Source: an uncultured Pseudomonadales bacterium
GTDB lineage: Bacteria > Pseudomonadota > Gammaproteobacteria > Pseudomonadales > Porticoccaceae
NCBI GenBank assembly: GCA_943789145.1
Contig: CALSSZ010000008.1
Coordinates: 5,433 to 69,432, forward strand
Reading direction: 5' to 3'
Length of the DNA stretch: 64,000 bases
This document shows, in pieces, positions 63,177 through 64,000 of this stretch (its first letter is position 1; each line of letters begins with the position of its first letter). The notes under the pieces are model-generated. The model searched no databases. It saw only the letters and a list, made by a program, of their open reading frames with translations, and had not been told where the DNA came from. Position numbers and translations under genes: made by a program.

Positions 63177-63419
63177 ATGTCAGAATCCAAAATTGAACGC
63201 CTTGTTAGCATGATTAATCAGATAGCGCTGAATATGAGTGCTAATGGGGATGACCAAATGGTTGCTGATCAGGTTGCTCAGCATCTGGAGAAGTTTTGGT
63301 CGCCGCCGATGAAAAATCTAATTACCGAACAGCCATCAGATGCTGATCTGGGTCTTTCGCCTATCGCGCAGATTGCGGTTCAGAATCTGCTTGTTATGCA
63401 GGACGCTAAGCGAGTATAG
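63177..63419 (+). CDS. fdsD: Formate dehydrogenase delta subunit
   Basis: LVSMINQIA...VAQHLEKFWSPPM. Confidence 0.9.
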   Translation: MSESKIERLVSMINQIALNMSANGDDQMVADQVAQHLEKFWSPPMKNLITEQPSDADLGLSPIAQIAVQNLLVMQDAKRV

Positions 63420-63441
63420 CCATTCATCCTCATTCCGTTTC

Positions 63442-63493
63442 GTCATATTGAGCAAGGCGAAATATCTCTTGCTACTAGGCTCCGCTCAGCATG
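63442..63493. repeat. Degenerate palindromic miniature repeat element
   Basis: GTCATATTGAGCAAGGCGAAATATCTC...CTCCGCTCAGCATG resembles GTCATnCTGAGC..GCGAAG.ATCT-type extragenic palindromes. Confidence 0.55.
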
Positions 63494-63745
63494 TATTGTC
63501 GGTTGTATTTCGCAAAAAAACTGAAGTGTGATCCTATTTTTTTAGAAACTCTCAAATTCTTGTCTAATCTTATCTTTAGGATAAACCAGAACTATGGGTT
63601 TGGCAGTGGGATATAAATGATAGATGTGTTGTTTCGGTTTACCCTTTTTTTGGCGTCTGTTATTTATTCTAGTTACAAGCCGAAACTGTGCGGGCGGAAC
63701 GAAGATCAAATAATCAGTAACAAGATTAACCGTTCCACCACTAAA

Positions 63746-64000
63746 TTAGCCTTTTAGCAGCTCCGCAAACAAATCAATATCTTCAGCTGTTACACCTTTA
63801 TGGCATAAAAGTGCACTAGAAACTGAATCCTTAAATTGTTTATTTGTATCTTTCAGGGCAAGTGCAACTGGAGAATCCTTAATATTACTCAGATGCTCCA
63901 TCTGACCATTCTGCACATCCCGCAAACACAAACTCACATACCTTAACGTACTCTCCAAGGTACGAGTCTGCCAAAAAAATGCCGTGGCAGCTTGTTCAGA
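63746..64000 (-). CDS. 3' end of a hypothetical protein running off the window edge
   Basis: Open frame from the window end to TAA at 63746; AT-rich. Confidence 0.5.
   Translation of the reverse strand, partial: SEQAATAFFWQTRTLESTLRYVSLCLRDVQNGQMEHLSNIKDSPVALALKDTNKQFKDSVSSALLCHKGVTAEDIDLFAELLKG

Noticed and set aside
63340..63531. 63-aa ORF after fdsD
   Set aside because: It overlaps fdsD and runs through the palindromic repeat; likely spurious

Overview
Chromosomal window from a marine-type gammaproteobacterium. Gene content and order suggest Cellvibrionales/Porticoccaceae (SAR92-like); this is an inference. Positions 1-37 kb are core genome: the 3' end of topA, lexA with an SOS box, a LOG-family gene, nagZ, mscS, a lipocalin, csiV-mfd, gap, nqrABCDEF-apbE-nqrM-sthA, lolCDE, an ABC-2 exporter, queF, a LysR gene facing gcvT-gcvP, and a class III cyclase. 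After tRNA-Ser(GGA) at 37189-37279 comes an integrase-free accessory region. Its first unit is the best candidate for an undescribed system: a four-gene metal module made of a predicted small outer-membrane beta-barrel, a secreted His/Met-rich HMA chaperone, a MerT-like permease and a C-H-C CsoR repressor. A CsoR-type operator overlaps its promoter and first start codon. The region also holds hydrolases, a BCCT-betA choline unit, a DUF5916-like outer-membrane protein, a ureohydrolase/amidohydrolase pair and a complete formaldehyde-to-CO2 pathway (frmA-fghA-fdsGBA-fdhD-fdsD). Six genes from about 36 kb onward carry frameshifts, almost all explained by extra bases, which most likely reflect sequencing or consensus errors. 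No CRISPR array, rRNA, integrase or transposase was seen.
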